A stretch of DNA of 39,670 nt from contig VFLE01000046.1 of NCBI GenBank assembly GCA_009885205.1, forward strand, positions 1 to 39,670. Reading direction: 5' to 3'. Below the pieces are notes generated by a model that ran no database searches, was not told the origin of the DNA, and saw nothing but the letters and a program-made list of their open reading frames with translations. This stretch comes from Candidatus Shapirobacteria bacterium. Its GTDB lineage: Bacteria > Patescibacteriota > Microgenomatia > UBA12405. This document shows, one piece after another, positions 19,101-24,842 of this stretch. A program made the position numbers and the translations under genes. Within the stretch, counting starts at the first letter, position 1, and the number at the start of each line of letters is the position of its first letter.

Positions 19101-20335
19101 ATGTTTTCATCTGCTACTAATCTAGAACCTTCCGCTTGTGTATCAAGTCCAAGAACATCCATTGTTGTCGCTGTTGTATTTATTATTCTATCAGCAGACA
19201 TATTCCACGCATTCTTGGCTATTTTAACCGGCGTATCCCAACTCCAAAAGTCAGTTCCACCAGCTTTAGCCTCTTTATATAGTTTCTTATTCTCTAAATC
19301 TAACTCGTCCATCTTTTTTACATAAGTTGGAAAGTTTGTTTTATAGTAATCGTATAAAGCTCTATTGTCAAATAACTCGTTCTTCTTTATCTCTTTTTGT
19401 TCTCTTATTCCTTTGTATATTTCTTCATCTTGAGTAAGATCTTGTCTAAGAAAGTCCCTATTGTTCATGTCCTGCATGTATAGATCTAGTGCCTTCTTTT
19501 TAGACATCTCTCTAGCAAGGTCAATATCATAACCATGCATTATAGATCTACCAGAACCTTCAAATACTCCTTGTTCTTGTTTCTTTAATATATTCTTCTT
19601 CTGTCCGCTTTTATTCAACCAACCATCGAAGTTGTCTAAATTTACACCAGCTTTACTTAAAGCTTTAGTATCATAGTTGTTAGCAATAAAATTAACACTA
19701 GGTTCTTCTAGATCTTTTGCCTCTTCTATATTAAGTAAATTACCTTGATCACCTCTCTGTTTCTTCATATTTGAAGAATAGTATAGATACGGGTTTATTA
19801 AATCAATATCATTTAACTTTTGTTTTCTTTTTATATCACTTAATTGAATAAGTCTATTATTTTTTACAATAATATCTTTTGGTAAATTATCTTCTTCTTC
19901 TTCAAAAGTAGTTGGAGTAGTTTTAAAACCTTCTGATTTAAAACCTTTCATAGATTTAGGAAGAGGTTCTTGTGGTCTAATTGCCTTAGATTCTAGATCT
20001 TGACTTCTTTCTATTTTACGACTAGTAATCTTATTTAATCTATCAGTATAGTTTAAAAAAGGTTTTAGTTTTTCTTTTTCAGAAGGCGGAGCGATGAATC
20101 CTAATCGTTGTAAGTTTAAATCAGCTTGAGAACGTGCATCCCAAGAACCATCTGTTGATTCTGATACCAAACTCCTTGATTGTGTTTTTTTTACCGGCGC
20201 TACAACTGCACTCTTTGCACCGCCTTTGAACTTTTTTGCTCCTTCATTATTTAATAAGAATTGCATTTTCTCTAATTGAGAATATTTTGATATATCAACT
20301 GTTGATCCGTCCGGTAAAGTATATAAGTCTTCCAT
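10148..20335 (-). CDS. giant virion-associated protein (3,395 aa), candidate internal/ejected polyvalent protein with a zincin-like motif
   Basis: Single uninterrupted 10.2-kb ORF and last gene of the structural operon. It contains an HEFLH motif, Gly/Ala-rich hydrophobic segments and an acidic patch WGDDDDDEEKKEKD. Most of it has no family I can name. Confidence 0.6.
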   Translation of the reverse strand: MEDLYTLPDGSTVDISKYSQLEKMQFLLNNEGAKKFKGGAKSAVVAPVKKTQSRSLVSESTDGSWDARSQADLNLQRLGFIAPPSEKEKLKPFLNYTDRLNKITSRKIERSQDLESKAIRPQEPLPKSMKGFKSEGFKTTPTTFEEEEDNLPKDIIVKNNRLIQLSDIKRKQKLNDIDLINPYLYYSSNMKKQRGDQGNLLNIEEAKDLEEPSVNFIANNYDTKALSKAGVNLDNFDGWLNKSGQKKNILKKQEQGVFEGSGRSIMHGYDIDLAREMSKKKALDLYMQDMNNRDFLRQDLTQDEEIYKGIREQKEIKKNELFDNRALYDYYKTNFPTYVKKMDELDLENKKLYKEAKAGGTDFWSWDTPVKIAKNAWNMSADRIINTTATTMDVLGLDTQAEGSRLVADENMLLKPNTRGVGYVSGKTAKSNGTNYLVDAKENVYDADDDIVVTDLLDKNQYDEIVSKSKTGQSDYIFSTQGAAVTTTGVIADMVLQSVIAGAVGNLGYVASAGRAAMAGKATMALGPRPLPSSSLGLMNYSSKMMKKLPIKRDLGYTMIAQGGMGYSSGLEDTFRELKASGVDDDEAYELAGVAAERMGILYAITTPINPQTNLANKLFLKNTVKQAVETFKKQGKTGFVNYLNSAIKNAPKELTGFVEDGLKEVVQENIQQAGETMGVNALTNKDAGRKIMNETISGDDFMNTSMISFISSGLMAKAKIPNFKAKNEDLDKLRALSTLSKNKDEFNQVVDNLYKKEVFTKEEVDNLKADVDIYSNNANKMPKSVSAKAAMPILRSLDKIQKLKDEKESLDKAFHPSIDEKIKKEEKIADDLYYADDLETKNKLIKAAIDKKVIKDIEMQTFGSSAEIKQYLIDVVGMPEDEADTNSKRGGFFLDDVLLTKYANQSGKDTSKIVKGKKVIFVNEDVSIKGGTTDVAQHEFLHGLIYETLKNSPESQILLGKALHKEIIKISKTVSDENTVLPQAFRDRINKYSNFYMDKIAAEDLKLQKDPKYKRQYDEKVSELMGNSWEEVLTLYSDAISNGSVQFNENVFTGLKDTVRQVLQNLGLRKVEFKSGRDVYNFLKDYNKSVTTGNFGIPGIGAMRTLGQSKAFIDKEALRLETGENIVVSQGSGSSEVKPSLGGDRRSGEKKSSDDIKRDVDNAYNKETFTQKMNSQRDPLLWDIVEEYEYLIRGKAKSEKFFSLPGFKKDRKDREEDFVRETQAELLPHIRNFNKEFLELREEYKQDLISKGFDPNSKEFKEILDAKDAEGYKGKKGIVKENNSLNGWINSQVLNKMRNALKRAGIVDEKFDLDFDGEDFVEGRGTTDIGEELDYLLGDSVDVMEATEDFNEEQEKLANILKDPVFRFVDEKGDEVIIDTVPERGDYVISAKDKGIEVNKQLKTETDSVRIEELKKDLRDLQRGLDLQNKEEPLTPEEKQELKSLKPTKAFNLTTGNVEYVFKAIIKKESPARIVARQVADEILRSPNVETLEFRNFKKLLADRSMVMMKRITFETGEGLESLMYNNWKLVYDVINNPVDEVTGQSSYASKKIPPYLKERNEKGEFQKVADINRAVFLQSFYSEEDAKKIIRKYNSVNPEEEISKFLDYEKLTTNAWFDRRTALRELFGDVMVLQEARRLLRNPDFIEQIGQEKPNLYNSLKDDVIRTQVLNDLAKGKSSSVKFSLEEEKRQGQYKLLNKTQLLKTQKALSEGIANNVYYGVDSMPVISDTIKFSLSEVLDQESDLISGVAVYKGYNKKYENNYKDIVKRPTDKLSDSNTIIIDNYFTSNKNYYVKVLQYSDTVDTTPGSLKLHTLKNYEEVEKEVVRRIIELIDSMNIPIGNTNGAINPFLIKDYTEDYIDRMLEKAINEGDQNYIDHFTALKNNDTYREEDIFKKQELQYESIQLLLESVWYRGDFKINFIDEEGENFEKIPTAAWHNGGYINNIKPGAEEWNEDATVKYEKPNGLKLNPFFAYLFLNDALSNRYISNPINQVVERKPFKRSQYNTTLTPIDSYNDEELIKKVFENYSHTELKNPAFIYGFLNMQKNEKYISDWENNRKVSDSDNKKIFKFDKSDKEENILSLNSLASRNINSNALWCTGQRSLGYATTHLTNGDFFIASDNDYKPSIAVRFEDRLNSGVGEVVGVEAGQSFKAEEIPLISEVFKLSNVKEKQDYIDSMDLAYSLLTDENEVDFKNNSKEKNTKLIKNVSSLNRGNLFRFELEVDSRQELEEKIRNIKRELRKLDLLEPIRNIREIIDSNFQIFINREDELDILKEQEEISQDEFKLDMDEEYITIGFQDGKLGSYDMPNLIKIDFVAFVNAYGFDAPNLTKGNKLDIQGKMMEGRAFLTLSDHIYYDLSIDASIDRNSDIDEFDTFWLSMDPINFHNGILSLVTTFDDQEKSMIDISSAINTQQIYLYGLASMIYLPKKINDLRLLIGEHNNSIPKEVELFGGESIGILHLDLTDSYITKKDKAIDFINMYQFSDNNVVDAVIDELKINIKEQLTDELKESILKSSIGSSSNEISVRVGIFDEDNEAAGGGYYYKTTVIKSNKENDSAIKYSLAETANAVISPLLSGLNLTQQSVIARDIDKAIMNGKLSKLAKNTEMDKLTAKLKKQTDPIEIKKVRQEMSDLFQADTVPFKVPRMSTSTDKAIATFIINKMAEGYNSFDFHVKKNADGPLTKQVLDALDANSKKIKQIAFRNSNLELTMNEIIEENKGIPKAEIFSEETAKNIGKGKKLDFAYLPPGDEDFEGLLYKLASGKGAMGEAQLEFFNENLIKPYSEAMTTLMVARQKMYGDWKDVITKQHKGIIKLLSQQTSYEGYTYDQAVRVYLWDKARYKIPGINNKDKFNLTDIVRTNPKLKDFANSVSLLSKQANGYVEPESNWSFGSILGDMNDIISKVNRAKYLQDWQNRADKIFSKENLSKIEAVYGGEYVKALKNMLGRLKSGTNRNPGANSKLLNWLNKSTANVMFLNTRSAVLQLLSAVNFINTSDNNIAQVALAFANQKQFWQDVKYLWNSPYLKDRRSGLMNDVAESEIAQLMDSQKGDDSINKYRRIVNWISTNGFIATRVFDAVAIAFGGSSFYRNRLNTYKKQGYTDEQAEKKTMSDFYQTSEKSQQSADVSKISANQASTTGRILLSFMNTPFQYSRIMKKAAIDIVKGRGSLANNVGKIVYYGALQNIMFNALQNLVFAIMWGDDDDDEEKKEKDSKQRITRTVNGIADNILKGMGMNYVALSVVKNALIKWYDTTGTPEGVYAPVLELLNISPMVGIKFRQILKGIKALEYNKEFNPEGDKVIPTKSIVEASSSFISVSTNIPVDRIYQKIQNIAGALDSQNEDWQRIAMIFGYSKQNLGIKDKEEDSGSATRGSSLKSPGLSGGGLKSPGLK
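17507..17521 (-). other. HEXXH (HEFLH) metallopeptidase-type motif inside the giant ORF (aa 939-943)
   Basis: The plus-strand sequence atgtaaaaactcatg is the reverse complement of cat gag ttt tta cat. The context is TTDVAQHEFLHGLIYETL, with Glu five residues after the second His. Confidence 0.5.
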
Positions 20336-20340
20336 TTTTT

Positions 20341-22152
20341 TTATTTTATTGATTTTTTGTATCTAGCAACATATTGTAAATCTGTTTCATTTGAATTTTG
20401 AGGATTTGCTTTCATCCAATTAGATACATTATCTTGTTGTTGAGCTTCACCAACTTTATCTTGTAATTTTTTAATCTCTCCCTCACCAGCTGTAAAATCT
20501 AATGCTAGTCTCGCTCTACTAGATGCTTTATTTAAATCATAATTAGTTAATGCTCTATAATCACCAGGTGATTGTTCATAATATATATCTGATTTAGGGA
20601 ATCTAGAATTAAAAGATTTTTTAACACTCTCTTTAGTTAATTTTCCAGATGCGATTTGATCTCCAAAAGTTAAAGAAGCGTTTTCTTTAATTGGTTCTTG
20701 AAGGAATTTTTTATAAAGATCATCAGTAGTAATGAATTTACTTGTACTTTTAGCTAATCTATTTAGATTTTGAGCATAATATTTTCTAGATCTATAGTTG
20801 TAAACTCCTGGCGCTTCACCTGGTTTCTTTTTCACTCCAACTCTTAAGTTATTGTAATATTCACCTCTGTAATCTTCATTTTCTTCTGAATCAAGAATAC
20901 CATTATCGTTCTTATCTAATTTATTAGTTCCAACACCGCCTCCGGTTTTCTCTGGTTTTTCTCTTTCAACTACTTTTGAAGTAGGATTCCAATATACAGT
21001 TTTATCACCTTCTTTTGTTTGTTCAAACTCTTTAGTCATTCCTTGAAATGATTTTTCAGTCAGTAAATCAGTTAGCATTTGTTTTTGTTCTGCTGTACTT
21101 CTAGCATTACCTTTTTCATCAACTTTAAATACTTTATCGTAGTATTGTGGTCCTTGACCTAAAGAATAATTTAATAGAACTTTTAAACTAGAAGGATTGT
21201 CAGCTGATAATATACCAGTAGCCGTTACATTTGATTTTTTACCTATTTCTTTTCTTATTACATCTTCTTGCAGTCTTTGACCTTCTGTAATTTCATATTT
21301 TCTAGTACCTACACTTGGCAGTTGAACTGTTTCATATTTTGGATTTAAAAAACCAGTATATACTTTACTATCTTTACCCATTATTGTTTCCCTGGCTTGA
21401 GTATAAAAAGTATCCATACTTTCAACAGGTAGTAGTAAACCATCACCTAAGTTTTCTTCTGCGTCTATATATGATTTAGTGTTTATAGGTACATTAAAAG
21501 TTCTACCATCAGCATGCTGTCCACTTGCTGTTACTATAAAACCATCTCCTTCATCATCTAGAGTTACTTTTAGACTAGAACTTTTATATAAAGGATTACC
21601 ATCAGTCATACCGCTCAGAGATTCCACAAAAGCAGTATTATCTAGTATTTCGTTATCATCTTTACCGTTAATAACATATCCACCAGGTATTCCAATAGTA
21701 GAAGCTTTTGCTTTTAATCTATAAGTAGCAGCAACACCACCTAATGATTTACCAGCTTTAGCAGCATTTTCAAGTGCATTGTCGGCATTTCTTATAGTAG
21801 TTAAATACTCTTGTCTTTTAGTTGCATTAGTTTCATTCAACAAAGATATTCTAGCATCTGCAGCATCTATTACTTTTTGCCGAATTATATCTTTTATCTG
21901 TTTATTTACTTCTGGATTTATAGAAGATTGTTTTTCAGACCATTTAGACAGTTTTTCATTGTAGTAAAGATCTGTTTCATTCTTTCTATCTTGAAGTTTC
22001 TGTAATGTTAGTTTTTGTTCTTTTTCTTCAGCGCGTCTTCTTTCACCTCTAGCGATTAAACCTTGAGCAATAGATTCACCTGCTCTAGCAATAGAACTTC
22101 CTATAGTATCTTCACCAGGTTGTATAATTGGTGGATTTTCATAATATCCCAT
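20341..22152 (-). CDS. putative internal virion / ejection protein (603 aa)
   Basis: Called only by position, between the small Ala/Gly-rich protein and the giant protein (the T7 gp15-like slot). I see no recognisable motifs. Confidence 0.35.
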   Translation of the reverse strand: MGYYENPPIIQPGEDTIGSSIARAGESIAQGLIARGERRRAEEKEQKLTLQKLQDRKNETDLYYNEKLSKWSEKQSSINPEVNKQIKDIIRQKVIDAADARISLLNETNATKRQEYLTTIRNADNALENAAKAGKSLGGVAATYRLKAKASTIGIPGGYVINGKDDNEILDNTAFVESLSGMTDGNPLYKSSSLKVTLDDEGDGFIVTASGQHADGRTFNVPINTKSYIDAEENLGDGLLLPVESMDTFYTQARETIMGKDSKVYTGFLNPKYETVQLPSVGTRKYEITEGQRLQEDVIRKEIGKKSNVTATGILSADNPSSLKVLLNYSLGQGPQYYDKVFKVDEKGNARSTAEQKQMLTDLLTEKSFQGMTKEFEQTKEGDKTVYWNPTSKVVEREKPEKTGGGVGTNKLDKNDNGILDSEENEDYRGEYYNNLRVGVKKKPGEAPGVYNYRSRKYYAQNLNRLAKSTSKFITTDDLYKKFLQEPIKENASLTFGDQIASGKLTKESVKKSFNSRFPKSDIYYEQSPGDYRALTNYDLNKASSRARLALDFTAGEGEIKKLQDKVGEAQQQDNVSNWMKANPQNSNETDLQYVARYKKSIK

Positions 22153-22171
22153 ATCTTATTTTTTTTATATT

Positions 22172-22903
22172 TTATGCACCACCACTTGCAAAACCACCAG
22201 CAATACTACCAACAGCGCTTATAGCACCACCTATAGCAGCACTTTGAGCCTGTTTAGCCGCTGCTTGATTAGTTCTTGCTTGAGCTTCTTGTCCTGATAA
22301 TCTATTAAGTTTAGATATATCTCTAGACTCTTGTTCACCATATTGAAATTTAATACCTTCTGTTTCAGCTGCTTGTATTCTTTGTCCTTCACTAAACTGA
22401 ACTCCTTGAATTCTTTGAGCTTCAGCCATTTTCTGTTCTTGCATTTTAGCAGCGCCTTCTGCTTTCATTTTTTCATTATTAGACTCTTGTTGTTCAATAC
22501 TAGCTGACACACCTTTCTTACTTTGTAATGCCGCTTGAGCTAAAGCAGTAGCTCCACCAGCACCAGAGCCAGTAGATCTAATAGTATCTAAAGTATTAGC
22601 TAATGAAATATCAGTTTCTTCTGCTTGCATCTTAGCCGCTTGAGTTGCGACTCCTAGATTAGCAAAAGGATTACTTATCATACCACTAAGATCTTTAGCG
22701 ATTCCACTTAAGTCTTTTATGTTAGCATAAGGATTTGGAATAGCCTGTCTATTTGCTTCTATAGCAGCTATTTCACCTGCTTTTCTCGCTGCTTCATTCG
22801 CGTAACCTTTACCTGCTTGTTTAGCTTGGTTATTTTGAATCAATCCTCCTCCTACTGCAGCGGCTACTGCTACGCCTGCCGCTATTGCTGTTACTACTGC
22901 CAT
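22172..22903 (-). CDS. Ala/Gly/Gln-rich protein with hydrophobic termini (243 aa), putative membrane-inserting internal virion protein
   Basis: N-terminus MAVVTAIAAGVAVAAAVGGGLI, C-terminus AIGGAISAVGSIAGGFASGGA, and a Q/A/E-rich helical middle. It sits just upstream of the 603-aa and giant genes. Confidence 0.4.
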   Translation of the reverse strand: MAVVTAIAAGVAVAAAVGGGLIQNNQAKQAGKGYANEAARKAGEIAAIEANRQAIPNPYANIKDLSGIAKDLSGMISNPFANLGVATQAAKMQAEETDISLANTLDTIRSTGSGAGGATALAQAALQSKKGVSASIEQQESNNEKMKAEGAAKMQEQKMAEAQRIQGVQFSEGQRIQAAETEGIKFQYGEQESRDISKLNRLSGQEAQARTNQAAAKQAQSAAIGGAISAVGSIAGGFASGGA

Positions 22904-22904
22904 A

Positions 22905-23312
22905 TTATGCTATTTTTTTTGAAATTTCGTAAGAAGGATTATCGTCTACCGTATATCCTAATTCTTTGTGCACCTTTAATAATCCCTTATTTCTACCTAC
23001 ACTCAATATTATTTTGTATCCTTGAGATACAGCTACGTCTTCTAATCCTTGAACTAAAAGTTTCAAAGCATCTACTCTATCGTCTTCCCTATATTCAGGA
23101 TCAGATACGATCCACTCTGTCCATGCAACCTTAGCGTTTGTAAGATACAAAAAACCAGAAGCAATAGATTTACCATGTTTTTCAATAATAAGTCCTCCTA
23201 AGCCTTCTAATGGCATTAAGTCTTTAGTTACTTCAGGCCAACCCCAGGCTTTCCACCATAGTTGCATTGTTTCCCAATCTGATTCTTGTAATGCTCTTGT
23301 TTTTAATTCCAT
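22905..23312 (-). CDS. GNAT-fold (acetyltransferase-like) protein, 135 aa, divergent cofactor motif
   Basis: WIVSDPEYREDDRVDALKLLVQGLEDVAVSQGYKIILSVGRNKGLLKVHKELGYTV follows the GNAT motif A/B layout (V-PeyR ... G-- i-L-v ... lGy). The usual R/Q-x-x-G-x-G/A loop is replaced by REDDRVD. Confidence 0.55.
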   Translation of the reverse strand: MELKTRALQESDWETMQLWWKAWGWPEVTKDLMPLEGLGGLIIEKHGKSIASGFLYLTNAKVAWTEWIVSDPEYREDDRVDALKLLVQGLEDVAVSQGYKIILSVGRNKGLLKVHKELGYTVDDNPSYEISKKIA

Positions 23313-23327
23313 TTAATTTTATTTAAT

Positions 23328-24800
23328 TTAATATACTGAAAAGTCATAATTTGTCGATGCTGAAAATAATTCTTTAACACCTCTTGGATCTGTAACAGTA
23401 TCTATTGACATATCTACTACAGCAAAATACCCTTTTATTCCAGATATTTCATTTCCAAAAGACACTTCTCCCTGCGTAGGTAAACTTTTATTTACTAACG
23501 CTGCCATGTATTTATTTTCTTTTCTATCAAAACCGGCTCTATTTATAGGCGGATATAATGTGCTTGGATACGAATTACCATATTCATCATAAGACCCTTC
23601 AACATAACTAAATACAGATGGAGTTGTTAAAACACCTGTTGTATCTTGTGTTTGAATATAATTAGGGGCTAAGTAATCTACTCCTGTAAAATCTGATACA
23701 AAAGAATCCACTTGCCAGCCATTAGAACCCTCGTAGTTTACAGTTTTAAAAATTTTAACATTACTTGGAGACTCATTAAAAACAAACCTAATAGAGGCAT
23801 TATTATTTACATTGTAAAACCTACACCTTGTATTCACTGCTTGATTGTAGTGTTTCCAAAGTGCTCCCTGATTTAAAGAATAGAATTTACCTTTTAAACT
23901 AACCATTTGAGAAGGTTTAAAAGTATAAAAACTAGTAAAACCATTTGCTTCTTCATTAAATCCTAAGGTATTATATGTCTGTGTAATATTCGTACTTGAT
24001 GTTTGAGTAGATATTATATACTGTTTACTATAAGCATCCCACCCACTAACTACCTTTCCTGGTCCACCTGTAGTTGGGGTTGCATCTATATTAGAAAATT
24101 CATCCCTAAAATAATCAATCATTCCATATTGTGATATTTCAGTTATACCGTCTTGAGATAATCTTAATACAGCATTTCTATATCTATCCGTAAAATACTT
24201 TCTATAACCATAGACAGCAAAACTTCCTGGATCTTTACTTATACCATAAACTCCGGCGTAACCTTGAATCTGACCAATAACAACATTTGATGATGTTAAC
24301 GTTCCCTCTCCTTCTGCAGAATATATAGCGTCTTTATCAATCAAAGCTCTGCTTACTTTATTCTCTTGGAAAACAATTAAATTTGTATCTTCGGCATATA
24401 GCCTTTGAATAGAGCCATTCGCTGGATCTAAACTTTTTGTTATCTCTTCTCCAGACGAAAATTGGTTTGTATTATTAACGCCCGTTCTTGAATTAAATAT
24501 ACCAGAATATATAAGTGAATTAGGCCTAATGGATGCCGAATTATTAATATCAACTATGTACGCTTTAACACCTAAATCAACAGATAAATTATTATATCCA
24601 CCTCTTATTCTAGCTTCTTCAATAACCCACTCTTTGCCTGGTTCAGCTACAACAGAGGATATAGGATAGCCTGTATTAGCCCCGTTTATAGTAGTTGGTA
24701 TCCCAAAAGAACCTCCCCAAACGGGATTATTTGATTCGTTTGGAAATACTTTTTTAAGTAAAAACGTATTAAAATATTTTATTTCTATTACCGCACTCAT
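23328..24800 (-). CDS. putative tail structural protein (490 aa)
   Basis: Called by position between the tail and internal-protein genes. The composition is beta-rich (G/S/T/N/Y), and I recognise no family. Confidence 0.4.
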   Translation of the reverse strand: MSAVIEIKYFNTFLLKKVFPNESNNPVWGGSFGIPTTINGANTGYPISSVVAEPGKEWVIEEARIRGGYNNLSVDLGVKAYIVDINNSASIRPNSLIYSGIFNSRTGVNNTNQFSSGEEITKSLDPANGSIQRLYAEDTNLIVFQENKVSRALIDKDAIYSAEGEGTLTSSNVVIGQIQGYAGVYGISKDPGSFAVYGYRKYFTDRYRNAVLRLSQDGITEISQYGMIDYFRDEFSNIDATPTTGGPGKVVSGWDAYSKQYIISTQTSSTNITQTYNTLGFNEEANGFTSFYTFKPSQMVSLKGKFYSLNQGALWKHYNQAVNTRCRFYNVNNNASIRFVFNESPSNVKIFKTVNYEGSNGWQVDSFVSDFTGVDYLAPNYIQTQDTTGVLTTPSVFSYVEGSYDEYGNSYPSTLYPPINRAGFDRKENKYMAALVNKSLPTQGEVSFGNEISGIKGYFAVVDMSIDTVTDPRGVKELFSASTNYDFSVY

Positions 24801-24842
24801 AGATTTATTATTACTTATTTATTAATTAATTTACTGTTAGCT

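Noticed and set aside
10089-19325. Plus-strand ORFs inside the giant gene (10089-10310, 10365-10547, 11334-11825, 12120-12308, 12507-12695, 15762-16175, 18093-18335, 19101-19325)
   Set aside because: All lie antisense to, and fully within, one long uninterrupted ORF. Their F/L/S/I-rich translations are what the reverse complement of a K/E/N-rich AT-rich gene gives. No independent start context or terminators are visible.
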